NCBI GenBank assembly: GCA_963666835.2
Contig: CAXXGO010000001.1
Location: 192,001-256,000 of the forward strand
Reading direction: 5' to 3'
Length of the DNA stretch: 64,000 nucleotides
Source of the DNA: Phycisphaerae bacterium
Lineage (GTDB): Bacteria > Planctomycetota > Phycisphaerae > UBA1845
Both the position numbers and the translations under genes were made by a program. Below the pieces are notes generated by a model. That model searched no databases and had not been told where the DNA came from. It saw nothing but the letters and a program-made list of their open reading frames with translations. Every line of letters begins with the position of its first letter. Positions within the stretch are counted from its first letter, which is position 1. This document shows, piece after piece, positions 51,294 through 62,300 of this stretch.

Positions 51294-51896
51294 TTACAGG
51301 GCGGACCGGCCGCGAATGGCCGACTCGAGCATCGCTACGGTGGCGTACTCGAGCTGCGAGCCGACGGCGAGTCCGCGCGCCGGTCGAGTAACAGTGACTC
51401 CGACTTCCCCCAGCATGCTGTGCAAATGCAGGGCGGTGCCGTCGCCGTCCAGGGTCGGATTGAGCGCCAGCACAACCTCGCGAACTTCCCCTTCCCGAAC
51501 CCGAGCGATCAGCGCGTCAATAGTCAGGTCCTCCGGCTCCACCCCGTCCAGCGGGGCGATGTGCCCCATCAGCACGTGATACACTCCACGGATAAGACCG
51601 GTTGCTTCCAGGGCGATTACGTCCTTGGGCTGTTCGACCACCCAGATCTCTCCGTGGTCGCGGCGCGGGTCGGCGCAGATCTCGCACGGATTCGTCTCCG
51701 TCAGGTTGAAACAGGTGCGACAATGAACGATCTTGTCTTTGACGTCGAGGATGGCCTGGGCCAAGCCGGCCGCATAATCTCGCGGCTCGCGCATGACGTG
51801 GAATGCCAGACGTTCGGCACTACGGGGACCGATCCCCGGCAGTTTCTGGAACTGCGCCTTGAGACGTCCCAGTGATTCGATCGGTTCGCCGCTCAT
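51294..51896 (-). CDS. recR: Recombination mediator RecR
   Basis: LPGIGPRSAERLA, C4 zinc finger, YHVLMG, Toprim EVVLALNP. Confidence 0.97.
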   Translation of the reverse strand: MSGEPIESLGRLKAQFQKLPGIGPRSAERLAFHVMREPRDYAAGLAQAILDVKDKIVHCRTCFNLTETNPCEICADPRRDHGEIWVVEQPKDVIALEATGLIRGVYHVLMGHIAPLDGVEPEDLTIDALIARVREGEVREVVLALNPTLDGDGTALHLHSMLGEVGVTVTRPARGLAVGSQLEYATVAMLESAIRGRSAL

Positions 51897-51928
51897 CGTC
51901 TTCGAATCCACTAAACTCCGTTACCGGC

Positions 51929-52267
51929 TCACTGTCCCCCGCCCATCATGTCAGTCAGCCCGGGGATGTTCATCCCCCCGGTCAGTGCAGCCATCTCCTG
52001 CTTCATTGCTTCCTGCGATTTCGCGGTCGCGGCGCCGACGGACGCCTTGACCAGATCTTCCAACAGCTCGACGTCCTTCACGGCCTCGGGGGCGATCTTG
52101 ACATCCACCAGCGTTCCTTTGCCATCCACCGTTGCGAGGACCATCCCGCCGCCGGCGTCGCCTTCATAACGCCGCTCGGCCAACTCCGCCTGGAGCTTCG
52201 CCATGTTGCCCTGCAGCTCCTTCGCCGATTTCATAAGCCCTGCCAAGTTGCCCAAACCGCCCAGCAT
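51929..52267 (-). CDS. ybaB: YbaB/EbfC nucleoid-associated protein
   Basis: AGGGMV, DVELLEDLV; lies between dnaX and recR. Confidence 0.95.
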   Translation of the reverse strand: MLGGLGNLAGLMKSAKELQGNMAKLQAELAERRYEGDAGGGMVLATVDGKGTLVDVKIAPEAVKDVELLEDLVKASVGAATAKSQEAMKQEMAALTGGMNIPGLTDMMGGGQ

Positions 52268-52346
52268 GAGTTCTTCTCCATTTGCGGGTCCTTACTCTCG
52301 GCGGTCTCTTTCGCCGGGAACCAAGCTCCCGCGGTCAGATTAGTTC

Positions 52347-53801
52347 CTAGTCGTCTTCCTCTTGCCCGTCACTTTGGTCCGGAGCAGGCTGATCCGCCGA
52401 CTTCACCGGTCGAACATCGAACAGAGTTCCATCGACCGCCTCGCGGACTCGCTCGACCGTAGGGTCCCGCGCTGCCCGTTGCCAGTCTTTTGAACTGACG
52501 CCGGCCGCCGGAGCCTTGGACGTCGTCGGCTTCTTCGTAGCCTTGGTCTTCGCCGCCGGGGTCTCCTTCGCGAGAGTCGTTGCGGCCTCGAGGTTCTTCA
52601 CGGCACCCGTGGCGGCGGGTTCACCGGTGGCCTTGGGCGCCGGCGGCGCGCTTACCTCGCCCTCCGGATCATCAAGTTGTCGGAGCAGCTCGTTGATGTC
52701 GGTGAACTGCCGACTCATCGCCAGACGGACAACCGCCGCATCCGCCAGCGGTCGCGCCGCCCCGCTGAACTTGACGTTGCGCCGCAGTTCCTCGAGCAGC
52801 GTGATCATGTACACGTAAGTCGGAGCGTCAAACCGCTGAGCCTGGGCTGCGAGAAGCGGACGAAGCTGCGCGGACACATCCACCAAGTCCGTATCCTCCC
52901 CGCATACCTGCAACAACAGCAACGCCCGAATGTGCTCGATCAGATGATCGCAGAATCGCTCCACGGTCCGCCCGGTCTGCAACGCGGTGTCCAGCGCTCG
53001 CAGGGCGCCGGCCGCGTCTTGCCCGGCGATGCACTCCACCACAGCGGCCGCCAGTTCGTCGTGCGGAGGCGGGATCACCTCATCCGCCACCGCGCTGGTT
53101 ATGTTCTTAGACTCGTACGACAGGACCTTGTCCAATAGAGACAGGGCATCGCGCATCGAACCGTTGGCCAGCCGGGCAAGCCGCTTGAGAACCGAATCCT
53201 CCGCCTCAATCCCCTCGGTGTCGACGATCTTCCGCAGATGTTGGGCGATCGCTTCGGCATCGATCGCCCTAAAGTCAAACCTCTGACACCGGCTTTGGAT
53301 TGTGGCCGGGACCTTCTCGGCCTCCGTCGTTGCCAAGATGAACTTCACATGGGCGGGGGGCTCCTCCAGGGTCTTGAGCAAAGCATTGAACGCACCCGTG
53401 CTCAACATGTGAACTTCGTCGATGATGTAGACTTTGAACCGGGAGCGCGCCGGCCGCAGAGTGGCGTTGTTACGCAGCTCGCGGATGTTGTCGACCCCGG
53501 TATTGCTGGCCGCGTCGATCTCAACCACGTCCACGTCTTCGCCTTCGGCAATCGCCCGGCATGACTCGCAGGTTCCGCACGGAGTAGGAGTGGCGGCCTC
53601 AGCCGACAGGCAATTCAGCGCCTTGGCGAGAATCCGAGCCATCGAGGTCTTCCCGACCCCGCGCGTTCCCGTCATTAGATACCCGTGGTGGACCCGACCG
53701 GTGTTGATCGCGTTCGTTAACGTGGTCGCGATGGCCTCTTGACCCACAACCTCGTCAAACGTGCGGCTACGGTAGGTGCGGGCAAGAACGCGGTACGACA
53801 T
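52347..53801 (-). CDS. dnaX: DNA polymerase III subunit gamma/tau
   Basis: MSYRVLARTYR, GTRGVGKT, EIDAAS, IIDEVHML, LLKTLEEPP, SRCQRF. Confidence 0.97.
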   Translation of the reverse strand: MSYRVLARTYRSRTFDEVVGQEAIATTLTNAINTGRVHHGYLMTGTRGVGKTSMARILAKALNCLSAEAATPTPCGTCESCRAIAEGEDVDVVEIDAASNTGVDNIRELRNNATLRPARSRFKVYIIDEVHMLSTGAFNALLKTLEEPPAHVKFILATTEAEKVPATIQSRCQRFDFRAIDAEAIAQHLRKIVDTEGIEAEDSVLKRLARLANGSMRDALSLLDKVLSYESKNITSAVADEVIPPPHDELAAAVVECIAGQDAAGALRALDTALQTGRTVERFCDHLIEHIRALLLLQVCGEDTDLVDVSAQLRPLLAAQAQRFDAPTYVYMITLLEELRRNVKFSGAARPLADAAVVRLAMSRQFTDINELLRQLDDPEGEVSAPPAPKATGEPAATGAVKNLEAATTLAKETPAAKTKATKKPTTSKAPAAGVSSKDWQRAARDPTVERVREAVDGTLFDVRPVKSADQPAPDQSDGQEEDD

Positions 53802-53993
53802 CCGAATCCTGTTCTCCTGGGGCGGGTCGAGGCCAAACAACGCAATCTCCGCGCGCCTGGCACAGCCTCTCGCCCCCAAAAGGCGCCTCCCGGAGGTCTG
53901 GGGGGGGGATAAATTCCTCCCCGGCCTTCCTGTTCGTCCGGGCAATCGCCCGGCAGGTTCTGCGGTTGCAGGAATCCCCTCCAAGCGGGGCGT

Positions 53994-54116
53994 CGGCCGT
54001 CGCTGACGGCCAGGTTGACCACGGCACCTGAATGAACCAGATGGGCTGCTCTGTCTCCAGCCTGACCCGTTGCCTGATTCAGCCACTGCATGGGACCTGG
54101 CCGTCAACGACGGCCG
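53994..54116 (-). ncRNA. ffs: Small (4.5S) signal recognition particle RNA
   Basis: Core GGGTCAGG-CTG-GAGA-CAG-AGCAGCCC inside a long hairpin closed by CGGCCGTCGTTGACGGCCAGG/CCTGGCCGTCAGCGACGGCCG; typical location upstream of dnaX. Confidence 0.9.
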
Positions 54117-54529
54117 CGCTGCTCGCTTGTTGCGCAAAGCGCACTCGAAGAGACGCCGCGCGGCGGCATGATAACCGCAATCGGCAAGGATTTGAACCGG
54201 GTTGCCACAGTGAAATATCCGGGGCACCGCACCGGGCCGGTCGGATGGGAGTGGTGGGCAGATGGGGACGCCCTGAGTGGTAGTCCTGGGGGTATCCCGT
54301 ACGGTTAACGACCAGAATTTCGCCCGAAAATGGGGGATATTCCCTACGGCCGCAGTCCGGCAAATGTAGTATATTATAATAGCGGCAGCGCAGGTGTTTC
54401 TGACCTACCCCGACCGCGCCTGCGCTGCCGCGTTACCTTCTTACGCACTCCTCGGTCTCTTCCGTTGGGCAGTTGCAGGTTTCTTCTTCAACAAAACCGG
54501 GGACAGCCACCGTTTTCTTGACACCACTT

Positions 54530-54671
54530 ACCGGTCGAGCCAAGACACCGCACAGGGTGCGTTAGCCTTCACAGGCGGAATACGCTTCCTGTATGCTGAA
54601 TCATGGTCGATGGCGCGAGGACGGTGCGTCCTACTTCACGGTAGTCTGACCTCGGGCAGAGCCCGGCCTGC
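54530..54671 (+). mobile_element. Second, more degenerate copy of the miniature RAYT-remnant element
   Basis: Aligns by eye with the reverse complement of 33973-34110; 54593-54649 reads MLNHGRWREDGASYFTVV*; REP-like CTCGGGCAGAGCCCGGCCTGC at 54651-54671. Confidence 0.65.
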
Positions 54672-54733
54672 CGGGCTGAATGCCAACGGTGCTCACGTTG
54701 CCTCGCTCAGGGTCCACGGTTTCACGCGAGAAT

Positions 54734-55159
54734 CTACCGGCGGGCAAGAAGCTCCATGACCCGGTCGTTTGTCTCGATGGCCGGGGTGATTGCTCGGATT
54801 TGCTCGGGAGTGAGCCAGCGGGCTTCAGCGACCTCCGCCTCGGTCGGCCGGATGGGCTGCCGGTCGTACTTCACCGTCCACACGTCCAGCAGGTAATCGG
54901 TGCCGGGCACGGGTATTCTCCCGAGCAACTTGTTGGCCGGCACGTCAATACCAAGCTCCTCGGCAAGTTCACGCTGGATAGCCTGGCGAGAGGTCTCTCC
55001 CGCTTCAACGTGCCCGCCCGGAAAACACCAACAACCGGCCCGGGCAAGCCCGGCCGCGCGGCGAATGAGGAGATACCGTTCGTTGTCCTGGAGCACTCCA
55101 ATCGCTCCGATCCGGTGACCGTCCGGAGGCGCTTCAGATGAGCCGTTGTTCATGGGCAT
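54734..55159 (-). CDS. NUDIX hydrolase (MutT-like)
   Basis: Nudix box GGHVEAGETSRQAIQRELAEELG. Confidence 0.92.
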   Translation of the reverse strand: MPMNNGSSEAPPDGHRIGAIGVLQDNERYLLIRRAAGLARAGCWCFPGGHVEAGETSRQAIQRELAEELGIDVPANKLLGRIPVPGTDYLLDVWTVKYDRQPIRPTEAEVAEARWLTPEQIRAITPAIETNDRVMELLARR

Positions 55160-55218
55160 GAATGCCGGGCGGCGTGGTCGGCCACGGTCCTGCAGGGCGT
55201 AGCATAGCGCGATTCCCG

Positions 55219-55257
55219 AAAAAGAAAACGGCGGGTGGGATCGAAACCCACCCGCCG
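55219..55257 (-). terminator. Intrinsic terminator after the prepilin-like gene
   Basis: CGGCGGGTGGG-TTTCGAT-CCCACCCGCCG followed by TTTTCTTTTT. Confidence 0.88.
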
Positions 55258-55283
55258 CTGTTCTCTACTATCGAGCAGTTGGA

Positions 55284-56213
55284 CTACGGATAGATGAGCG
55301 AGTCCGTTCCTGCGTAGTCAGTGTTCTCGGAGCCGAAAGCCTCTTGCCCCGGATATGGCGGTGGATCCCACTCGAGCGGGAGGTCGCCGTGAATCAGGTT
55401 CGTGTGATCCTGTGAAGTCCAGTCGTCGGTCATGAGCGTGTAGATGTTATCGTTGTCGATACCGGCACACGGGGTCCGAGCGAACTCGGCGTGGCCGTCG
55501 GCAACGAGGATGTTCTGGCCTTCACCATTATTGCGACCACCGTGGTTCGGGGAGTTGTACATCCTCCAGGCCTTGGGCGAATCCTCGATGGTCAGTTCCT
55601 CGTCTTCCGGATTCTTCCACTCAGGAGCGCTCTCTACCATATAGAACGGGCCCTTATCCGCTGCGACGACCTGGCGGTTATCCATGCCCTCGCGCGGCTG
55701 AGTGTCGCGGGGACCGAACGGAACCTGATAACCGTAGCTGATGTTCTCGTACCCCGTGAAGTCGTAGTACAGCTCAAGGTTCTCGGTCGGGTCCTGATCG
55801 TCACTTCCACTCGGGCATACAAACCCCTTCGCGGTGACGTTACCGGCCCGGACCAGCATCCAATAAGCCCGCGTCGTGGATACCTGCGTACTGGCGTTCG
55901 GGTCGATCGAGTAACTCGGCTTGTCCCGGTCCTCGCCCACGATACCGTCGCCCGAGCTGATCGCGTACGTGGCGGACTCGCCATCCGACATCATTTCCTT
56001 GTCGTACGGCGGGATCGGCCAACGGTCGTTATTGTCGTTGGCGTAGATCTTGCACGAAGTACCGATACCCTTCAAGTTCGACTGGCAGACCAGCCTCTTA
56101 CTCAGCTCCCGAGCACGGGACAAACTCGGCAGCAAGATCGAGATCAGCAATGCGATGATCGCGATCACGACCAACAGCTCAATCAGTGTAAAACCTCGAA
56201 TTCTTCTTATCAT
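55284..56213 (-). CDS. Prepilin-type N-terminal cleavage/methylation protein with H-X9-DG-like C-terminal motif (DUF1559-like)
   Basis: [28 protein letters not shown]...CQSNLK; NHGG...QNILVADGH. Confidence 0.93.
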   Translation of the reverse strand: MIRRIRGFTLIELLVVIAIIALLISILLPSLSRARELSKRLVCQSNLKGIGTSCKIYANDNNDRWPIPPYDKEMMSDGESATYAISSGDGIVGEDRDKPSYSIDPNASTQVSTTRAYWMLVRAGNVTAKGFVCPSGSDDQDPTENLELYYDFTGYENISYGYQVPFGPRDTQPREGMDNRQVVAADKGPFYMVESAPEWKNPEDEELTIEDSPKAWRMYNSPNHGGRNNGEGQNILVADGHAEFARTPCAGIDNDNIYTLMTDDWTSQDHTNLIHGDLPLEWDPPPYPGQEAFGSENTDYAGTDSLIYP

Positions 56214-56720
56214 GGCACCTTCTCCAAACTTCTGAACTAACACCCCGCTTGCCCAGCCGCTTGTCCCGCGAATGACGTCTAAGACCTATCCACCGGAACC
56301 GGCATCGGGTCAACCGGGCGGCGCCGCCACACACATCCCCCATGCGACACGCCGACCAAACCCAGCCACCAAAACTGCACGGAAAAAGCACGCTGCAGCC
56401 TGCTGACGAGCATTACGCACTTAAAAACAGCAGACACAAAAGCCACGGCCCTCGAGAACGCCCCGAGAGAACCTACGCGTTAACGCACGGCCTGCAATCT
56501 AGATACCACCAGCAAAGAAAACCGCGCCGGTTGGATCCTAACAGAACAGGAAACTCACGGCGCAAAACACTTTCGGTGGCAGTGGTGGGCTGGGACGGAA
56601 GGAGTAGTAATTCTTATGTAAGATAGCAAATACACGCTCGAAACCCGAGCGGATGAAACAGATAACCCCAACCGGGAATAAAACCCGGTGCGTATCTCCC
56701 TGCCACTACAACCTATAAGG

Positions 56721-56749
56721 AGTCTACCCGAGCCTAACTGCACTGTCAA
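56721..56749 (-). promoter_or_regulatory. Putative sigma-70 promoter TTGACA-N17-TAGACT
   Basis: Perfect -35, 17-bp spacer, 4/6 -10, about 500 bp upstream of the prepilin-like gene. Confidence 0.6.
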
Positions 56750-56808
56750 CATCGCGCGAAGTGTTTTTCGCAAGTTTGGGGTTATTCACCCAGCCGCCAC
56801 CCCGATCG

Positions 56809-57807
56809 TCACGGCATAAGCCGGATCACGTCGATTCCGTGGGGAATCGCAATACCGAGATTCGATCGGTGAGCTTCCGCCAAATAACCCAAATTAGCGG
56901 GCGCGGACGCGATCATCGGGAGCGAACGCCGCTTCCGTACATCGTTCAGCAACGCCAGGCCAACTGAGTCGATGGCCACGGGATCCGCAGAGACCAAAAG
57001 AGCGCCTTCGTCGCTGATTGTCTCCACCGACGCCTCCGGACCGCCTGCATACACAACGCGGAGGGCATCCACGATGCACAAGCGGAGCCGCGTCCGGATC
57101 GGAGGCGCGGACACTATGTCAGGAATGAACGGGCTGCACCTATTTCCGTGATACCGCGCCGGGTGCTTAACCAAACCGTGCGACAAGTTCTTAAGAGCGC
57201 ACGTTATTCCTGCGATATTGTGAGTTTTCAAGTAAGGTACATCGATCAGCGCGGAAACCTGCCCGAGCACCGCCGCGAATTGGTCCGCCCCGCTGCCGAA
57301 ATCAGTAACGGTTGTAGAGAAACCGCCGACGGCGGCGGTGGTCGAGTGCTTCGCGGTTGTCTCAGGTGGGGCCTCAATGAGGACGATTCGCTTACTAGCC
57401 CAACCCGCCGCTACCAAAGACTCGACAATCGCCCCCGCAATCGCATCCGTGGTAGAGATAACTTCCTGCGCGGAGCGGTTGAACTTGATCCCGATGACAT
57501 CGTCCGGTTTTAGTACTCTCTTCCACGCCAGGGAGGCATCCGCCACGTCGGGAACAAGCCCGGCCACGGCCTTGTCGAGCATCTCGCGCAACAGGACGCG
57601 ATGCACTACAGGTCCGTCTACCACGTACGGGGATTGCACGTGAATGACTCTCGAATTCGGCACTCCCGGAGGCATCAGGAGTTCAGAGCTCGGTTCCGCC
57701 GCCCGGACGCGCCCTAGGACTGACAGCCCGGCAGCGGCCGTGATCTCGAGGAACTTCCTCCGCGACAGCTCCCCGTCAGGGTCTGAATCGGTTCTTCGGT
57801 CGGACAT
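56809..57807 (-). CDS. Tat-exported DUF362 domain protein
   Basis: SRRKFL twin-arginine signal; VIGIKFN, PYLKTH, ALKNLSHG, DPVAIDS. Confidence 0.88.
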   Translation of the reverse strand: MSDRRTDSDPDGELSRRKFLEITAAAGLSVLGRVRAAEPSSELLMPPGVPNSRVIHVQSPYVVDGPVVHRVLLREMLDKAVAGLVPDVADASLAWKRVLKPDDVIGIKFNRSAQEVISTTDAIAGAIVESLVAAGWASKRIVLIEAPPETTAKHSTTAAVGGFSTTVTDFGSGADQFAAVLGQVSALIDVPYLKTHNIAGITCALKNLSHGLVKHPARYHGNRCSPFIPDIVSAPPIRTRLRLCIVDALRVVYAGGPEASVETISDEGALLVSADPVAIDSVGLALLNDVRKRRSLPMIASAPANLGYLAEAHRSNLGIAIPHGIDVIRLMP

Positions 57808-57936
57808 AGTGCGGGGGTCTCACTAGTAACGAGCAATCCTCACCGCGGTGATTATCGGCCTTAGCCTTTGGGTCTGCTCAGGTTTTCCGGATGTGGATCG
57901 TCCGCGGACGCGGTGTTCCAGGAGCCCGGCAACGCT

Positions 57937-58515
57937 CTACCAGCGAGGTGTCAGGATCGGCTTGCCGACCTCGAAGATCGATTGCGTCTTGAGCAGGGTG
58001 AGTTCCTCGGGGAACGCGTGAAAGGCATGCACATGAAACTCGTGATCACGGGCGTCGAAGTCAATGAACGTGAACGGGGCCAGCCCTTCGTAGCTCCACT
58101 CCGCGAACGGAACATAGAGCCCCCGGTTTTGCGCATAATGCACATAGTCGCGGTGCGTGGCGGGGAATAGTTGAGGCGTCATCCGCTCCACTTGTGTGGA
58201 GAGGATGTACTTCAGGTCATCGCTAAACGACTGGGAGTGATCCCGCTCTCCTCGGAACCTAAACGACGTAGCCAAGCCCGTCTTGGGCAACATATCCGTG
58301 TTTTCGGTTATCAGCTCGGTCATCACCTGATCCCCGGTCTGCACCGTGACCACGTGAGTCAGACCAACGACCCAGATCTCCGCATGATAGCGAGACTGCT
58401 CGATCCGCTTCACCCTCTGAATATGAAACAACTCCGGGTGAATCGCTCGCTGGTAGAGGCAGAAATGTAGGTCGTCGACGTGTTGCTGCTGCGGTTTTGT
58501 CTGTCCTTGTTCCAC
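57937..58515 (-). CDS. DUF2617-like protein
   Basis: LYQRAIHPELF, HAFPEELTLLKTQSIFE resemble the family as recalled; GAGG + GTG start. Confidence 0.75.
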   Translation of the reverse strand: MEQGQTKPQQQHVDDLHFCLYQRAIHPELFHIQRVKRIEQSRYHAEIWVVGLTHVVTVQTGDQVMTELITENTDMLPKTGLATSFRFRGERDHSQSFSDDLKYILSTQVERMTPQLFPATHRDYVHYAQNRGLYVPFAEWSYEGLAPFTFIDFDARDHEFHVHAFHAFPEELTLLKTQSIFEVGKPILTPRW

Positions 58516-58809
58516 GAAGCATCCTCAAACGAGAGAGAGCCCTAGCCAAAGCCATCTTCAGAATTATACGGTCGGTCAATAGTAAATCCATGAATTTATC
58601 CTGCAAAGGCAACTAATTCCCACCATCCTCCGGTTGAAGTTGCAGTTCTGTTACAATCGCAAGACCAGCATAATACTCCGGATTTCGAGACATGCATCGA
58701 CTAAGGGTGTATTTTTAGGGCTGAAGATTGGCAAGTTGCCGGACTGCCTGCGGCTGCCCGTCGGTTCGGTTTGTTCCAATGGCAGGTTCCATCTACAATG
58801 CCCCTTGTT

Positions 58810-59259
58810 ATGACCGGTGAACGACCAGGCATTCTGTTCATAGTGCTCCTCCTCTCGGCGTTGGTTATGCCCGACTCCGGCCTGAGGTTGGTTTACGAGC
58901 CGATGACGGATGCCGCGGTGCGGCAGAAAATCCCTGGCGACGATCTGCCAGATAGGACCCCGCCCGGTGATAAGGAGCAAGAGGATGGCGAGGAGAAGCC
59001 CAATCCGCTTGGCCAGATTGCCCCGCAGCCGGCCCCGTTGGAGCAGTTTCAGCGGTCCGTGCGTATCTCACCCGCCTTCAAGACCGTCGTTCGTCCGGTT
59101 CGTCGGCATGCCTTTAGGGTCTTGTGGGCGGTTCCCGGGCCCACGCGCATTGATCGCGTGGTTACCGAATCGCGGTGCGACACAGTGTCGTTCACGGCCG
59201 TCGCTACGAGCATCCGCTCTCATGCACCACCCCTGCTTGCTTCGATCCTGTATTGCTGA
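58810..59259 (+). CDS. secDF leader ORF; candidate translation-arrest (secretion monitor) peptide; start uncertain
   Basis: Hydrophobic N-terminus GILFIVLLLSALVM, Pro/charged spacer, C-terminal IRSHAPP nine sense codons before the end; 115 bp upstream of secDF. Confidence 0.65.
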   Translation: MTGERPGILFIVLLLSALVMPDSGLRLVYEPMTDAAVRQKIPGDDLPDRTPPGDKEQEDGEEKPNPLGQIAPQPAPLEQFQRSVRISPAFKTVVRPVRRHAFRVLWAVPGPTRIDRVVTESRCDTVSFTAVATSIRSHAPPLLASILYC

Positions 59260-59261
59260 TC

Positions 59262-59288
59262 GCCGCAGCGCAAGAGCGCTGGGCTTTT
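59262..59288 (+). promoter_or_regulatory. Hairpin plus U4 right after the leader ORF (possible attenuator)
   Basis: GCC-G-CAGCGC-AAGA-GCGCTG-GGC-TTTT. Confidence 0.4.
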
Positions 59289-59374
59289 GATGGGATTGCA
59301 GGGGGCGCTCCCACTAGAAACCGACATACAACCACGAACTAAGGCGGCATGCCGCCTCAAAGGAGATACAACTT

Positions 59375-62300
59375 ATGCATGATCCGAACCGGATGATGAA
59401 GTGGCTTCTGGTCATCGGCCTCGTCGTGTTATCACTGGTGATCCTCTATCCGCCCAGTCAGAAGCTCAAGGGCGGAATCGATCTCGTCGGAGGAACCAGT
59501 CTCATGTTTGAGATCGATACGACGGGGTTGGAGAAGGCGGGCCAGCGCGGTCTTTCCTCAAGAGTGATGGATATCTTGAAGAACCGGGTTGACCCTAAAG
59601 GCCAATTGAACCTCGAATGGCGACCGGCCGGCAACACCCGACTGGAAATTCGCATGCCGCGTCCGCCGAAGGCGGCTTTGGAGCGTCGCGCAGCTTACAA
59701 CGCCGCGGTCGACCGACTGAAAGCAAGAAACCTCTCTCGGTTTGAGGTCGAGTCGGCGTTGAATGCGCCGCCGGCCGACCGGCCCAATGTCCTGGCAGGA
59801 TTGGTCCGGAACGCGCCCGAGCGAACGCCGCTGTTCGAGACGCTGGTTGCGGCCTTCGATGAGTACCAAGCGGCTCAGGGCTCTGATGACCTGGCAGTCG
59901 CGGAAGCGGCGGGGGCGGCGTATGAAGAAGCTATGGCCGCGGTGCTTGCCACCTCGATGCCCATCAACCGGCTGACGGACGTGCTGGCCTTGCCGCAGGG
60001 CGACAAGCGCAGAGAAGAGATCGACAAGCTCCGCGACGAGTTCCGTTCCTGCGATGCCGGCGAGATGGGCCAGGAAAACGGCAAGCTTTTGACCAAGGCC
60101 GTATACGCCTATGACGCGTGGGCGCAGGATAAGGCCGATCTCGAAGATCCATCGGACCTGAAGCGACTCATCCGCGGCGCCGGCGTGTTGGAGTTCAGGA
60201 TTCTAGCGGAGCGTGACGCCGCCAGCCCGACGCATACGATTGGCCCGAATGCGCAGGAGATCAGCAAGTACACCGAGCAGCTTGCCAAGTATGGAGCCCG
60301 TCCTCGGGCGGGCGACGTTTTCGAGTGGTTCCCGATTGAGAACGTAGTTCGTTTCCTGCACGCCGATGACCTGGCTTCGGTTGATGAGATTAAGGACCTG
60401 CCGGGTCGCCCGGTTGTGGAGGAATACGCCGGGCGCTATTACGTGCTGGCACACTCGGGCTCTCAGTATGGTCTGCTGCGTTCGTCCGGGAAGGGCGAAG
60501 GCAAGTGGAAGCTGCGGTACGCACGCCCGGATCGGGATCCGTTGACCGGAGAGAATGCGGTCATTTTCCAGTTGGATCCGCGGGGCGGGCAGATGTTCGG
60601 CAACCTCACCGGTCCGAATGTGGGGCGGCAACTGTGCATTTTTCTCGACGGCACGGCCATGTCGCACGCCAACATCCGGACTCGAATCACCGATCGGTGC
60701 CAGATTAGTGGCGGCTTTACGTTCGAGCGCATGCAGGAACTGGTGAAGACCCTGGAAGCGGGTTCGCTGCCCGCCCGGTTGAAAGAGACTCCTCTGTCCG
60801 AGAAGACCGTAGGGCCGAGCCTGGGTGAGACCAACCGGCGACACGGCGTCCAAGCCGCGGTTCTGGGTGGCATCGCAGTGGCAGTCTTTGTGTTGCTCTA
60901 CTACGGGCTTGCTGCCGGGGGCATGGCGGATGTTGCCTTGGCGTTGAACCTGCTGTTCGTACTCAGTGCGATGGCGTTGATGCAGGCGACCTTCACGCTA
61001 CCGGGTATTGCGGCGTTGATCTTGACCGTGGGTATGGCAATCGATGCGAACGTCCTGATCTTCGAGCGAATTCGCGAGGAACGAGACCGCGGTATCGTTT
61101 TCAAAAAAGCGCTGAATACGGGTTACGACAAGGCCTTCTCGACCATCATGGACGCCAACCTGACCACGTTGATCACCTGTGTGATTCTCGGGTTCGTCGG
61201 CAGTGAGGAAGTCAAGGGCTTTGCCATCGTGCTCGGCATCGGCATTGTCACCAGTATGTTCACGGCGCTGTTCGTGACTCGTTTGGTGTTCAACACCGGG
61301 ATTGCGCAGGGAGTGCTCAAGGACTTCTCGATGCGCCGCATCATTAGCCGGCCGTCAATCGACTGGCTGTCGTTGCGGAAGACATTCTGGCCGGTTTCGT
61401 TGATTGCGGTCGTGCTGGGCATGGGGATTTTCGTCACTATGAGTTCGGTGGATCCCGAGGCGGTCTACGACATTGAGTTCCTCGGCGGCACCAGTGTGCA
61501 GATCGATTTCAAACCGGGCGTGGAGATGACGGACGAGCAAGCCCACGATATCGTCGCGTCCAATCATGAGGATTCGGCGGGAGCGTGGCTCAGGCAGGCA
61601 GCCGATCGCCTGGAAGAAGCCGAGGCGTCCATTGGGGAGACCCCCGGGGAATTCACCTTGACGGCTGCCGGATTGACCGGAGAGCAGACCGGCGTGCTGA
61701 TGCGGGCGACTATCGAGGATCTCGTGGAGCGCAACGGCATTTACGCGACCGGTGGCGTGGCGACGTTTGTAGGCAAGTCCGGTGAACTCACTTTGGAGAA
61801 GTTCAAGGACAAGATCGTGGTCGCGGCCGAGGCGGCGCGGGAGGCGGCGAACCGCCTGCGCGGCGCGCGGGTGCAGAGCGTCGGGGAGGCGGAGCCGGAT
61901 ACCGAGGTCGGCCCGTCCTACGAAGTCGTCACCGTCGAGACCAACACGGCTCTGGTGCAGGCGGCCCTCCTGGCGGTGCTGGGAGATCGCCTGGTTGTCC
62001 AGCGGGCTCTGAACTTCGCGACGGTTGTCGACGACAACCTGACGAGGGAGCCTTTCTTCGTTGTCGAAGAGGCGGACCATTATCTCTCCGACGTGATCGG
62101 GGGCGACGCTAACTTCGACATCCGCCGGTTCCGCGGCGGGGTTGCGATCGAAGTCGTCCTGGACGAACGGGAGGAGCCGGTAACCGTGGCCGAGCTGGAA
62201 ACCCGCCTACGCGAGATCGGGCTCCAGCCGGAGTTCGAGCAATACCGCACGCGCGATTCATCCGTGTTCCCGGCCGGGGAAGTTGTGACCCGAAAGGGCG

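Noticed and set aside
52347..53801. dnaX programmed frameshift or slippage site
   Set aside because: No A-AAA-AAG heptamer or long A run noticed
53802..54227. Long N-terminal extension of DnaX
   Set aside because: Overlaps the SRP RNA; canonical MSYRVLAR start at 53801
56600..56700. c-di-GMP-I riboswitch upstream of the prepilin-like gene
   Set aside because: The GCAAA/GAAA-like bases are on the antisense strand and lack the two-stem arrangement
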